DNA of 64,000 nt from Squalus acanthias. Taxonomy: Eukaryota. Position 1 is the first letter of the stretch. Each line of letters starts with the position of its first letter. The position numbers were made by a program, and so were the translations under genes. Shown here in pieces: positions 63,262-64,000 of this stretch. The notes under the pieces were generated by a model. It searched no databases. It saw only the letters and a program-made list of their open reading frames with translations, and was not told the DNA's origin. The stretch spans positions 26,972,001 to 27,036,000 of the forward strand of contig CM059432.1 in assembly GCA_030390025.1 (NCBI GenBank), in the 5' to 3' direction.

Positions 63262-64000
63262 TTTATTCTTCATTCTCAGGATATGGGCATCGCTGGCAAG
63301 GCTGGCTGGCATTTATTGCCCATCCCCAGTTGCCCTTGAGAAGGTGGTGGTGGGCCTTCTCCTTTGAACTGTTGCAGTCTGTATGGTGAAGGTGCACATA
63401 CAATGCTGTTAGGTAGGGAGTTCCAGGATTGTGACCAAGTGACGAAGAAGGAATGGCAATATATTTCCAAGTCAGGATGGTTTGTGACTTGTGCTCCAGA
63501 ACTAGCCGCGCCTCTAACCAAGCTGTTCCAGTACAGCTACAACACTGGCATCTATCCAACAATGTGGAACACTGCCCAGGTGTGTCCTGTCCACAAAAAG
63601 CAGGACAAATCCAATCCAGCCAATTACCGCACCATCAGTCTACTCTCAGTCATCAGCAAAGTGATGGAAGGTGTCATCGACAGTGCTATCAAGCGGCACT
63701 TACCGATAACCTGCTCACTGATGCTCAGTTTGGGTTCCGCCAAGACCACTCGACTGCCGACCTCATTACAGCCTTGGTCCAAACATGGACAAAGGAGCTG
63801 AATTCCAGAGGTGAGGTGAGAGTGACTGCCCTTGACATCAAGGCAGCATTTGACCGAGTCTGGTATCAAGGAGCCCTAGTAAAACTGAAGTCAATGGGAA
63901 TCGGGGGGAAAACTCTCCACTGGCTGGAGTCATACCTAGCACAAAGGAAGATGGTTGTGGTGATTGAAGGCCAATCATCACAACCCCAGGACATCGCTGC
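63262..64000. mobile_element. Family A LINE with 5' inversion (3' end on -, RT segment on +)
   Basis: Tail on the minus strand at 63262-63491, joined through GACTTG to + strand TCAPELAAPL..NYRTISLLS. Confidence 0.85.

Overview
This is vertebrate genomic DNA, almost certainly from a shark or other elasmobranch, judged from HE1/V-SINE, Deu-domain SINE, CR1 and Penelope repeats. It holds the CpG-rich promoter and the first seven coding exons of a ZFAT orthologue on the + strand. The CDS runs from ATG 7178 to the exon 7 donor at 56490, giving 798 in-frame codons, and the gene continues beyond the window. The introns are packed with nested transposons. The main discovery is a complete, intronless 31-codon gene nested on the same strand in ZFAT intron 2 (15979-16074, MGCGKRPQRRKRRKCKRRKIIKKKCGSSKRK), too short to appear in the ORF track. 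It has duplicated CRE-like boxes, a TATA box, a strong Kozak context and AATAAA, and it resembles the Cys/Lys/Arg shark protamine scylliorhinine S4. Other points of interest are minimal hammerhead ribozymes carried by Penelope elements, a single-ORF LINE with a tRNA-like head, a two-gene PIF/Harbinger relic, an in-frame cryptic donor in ZFAT exon 2, and a ~0.9 kb pure pyrimidine tract. Boundaries of degraded repeats are approximate.
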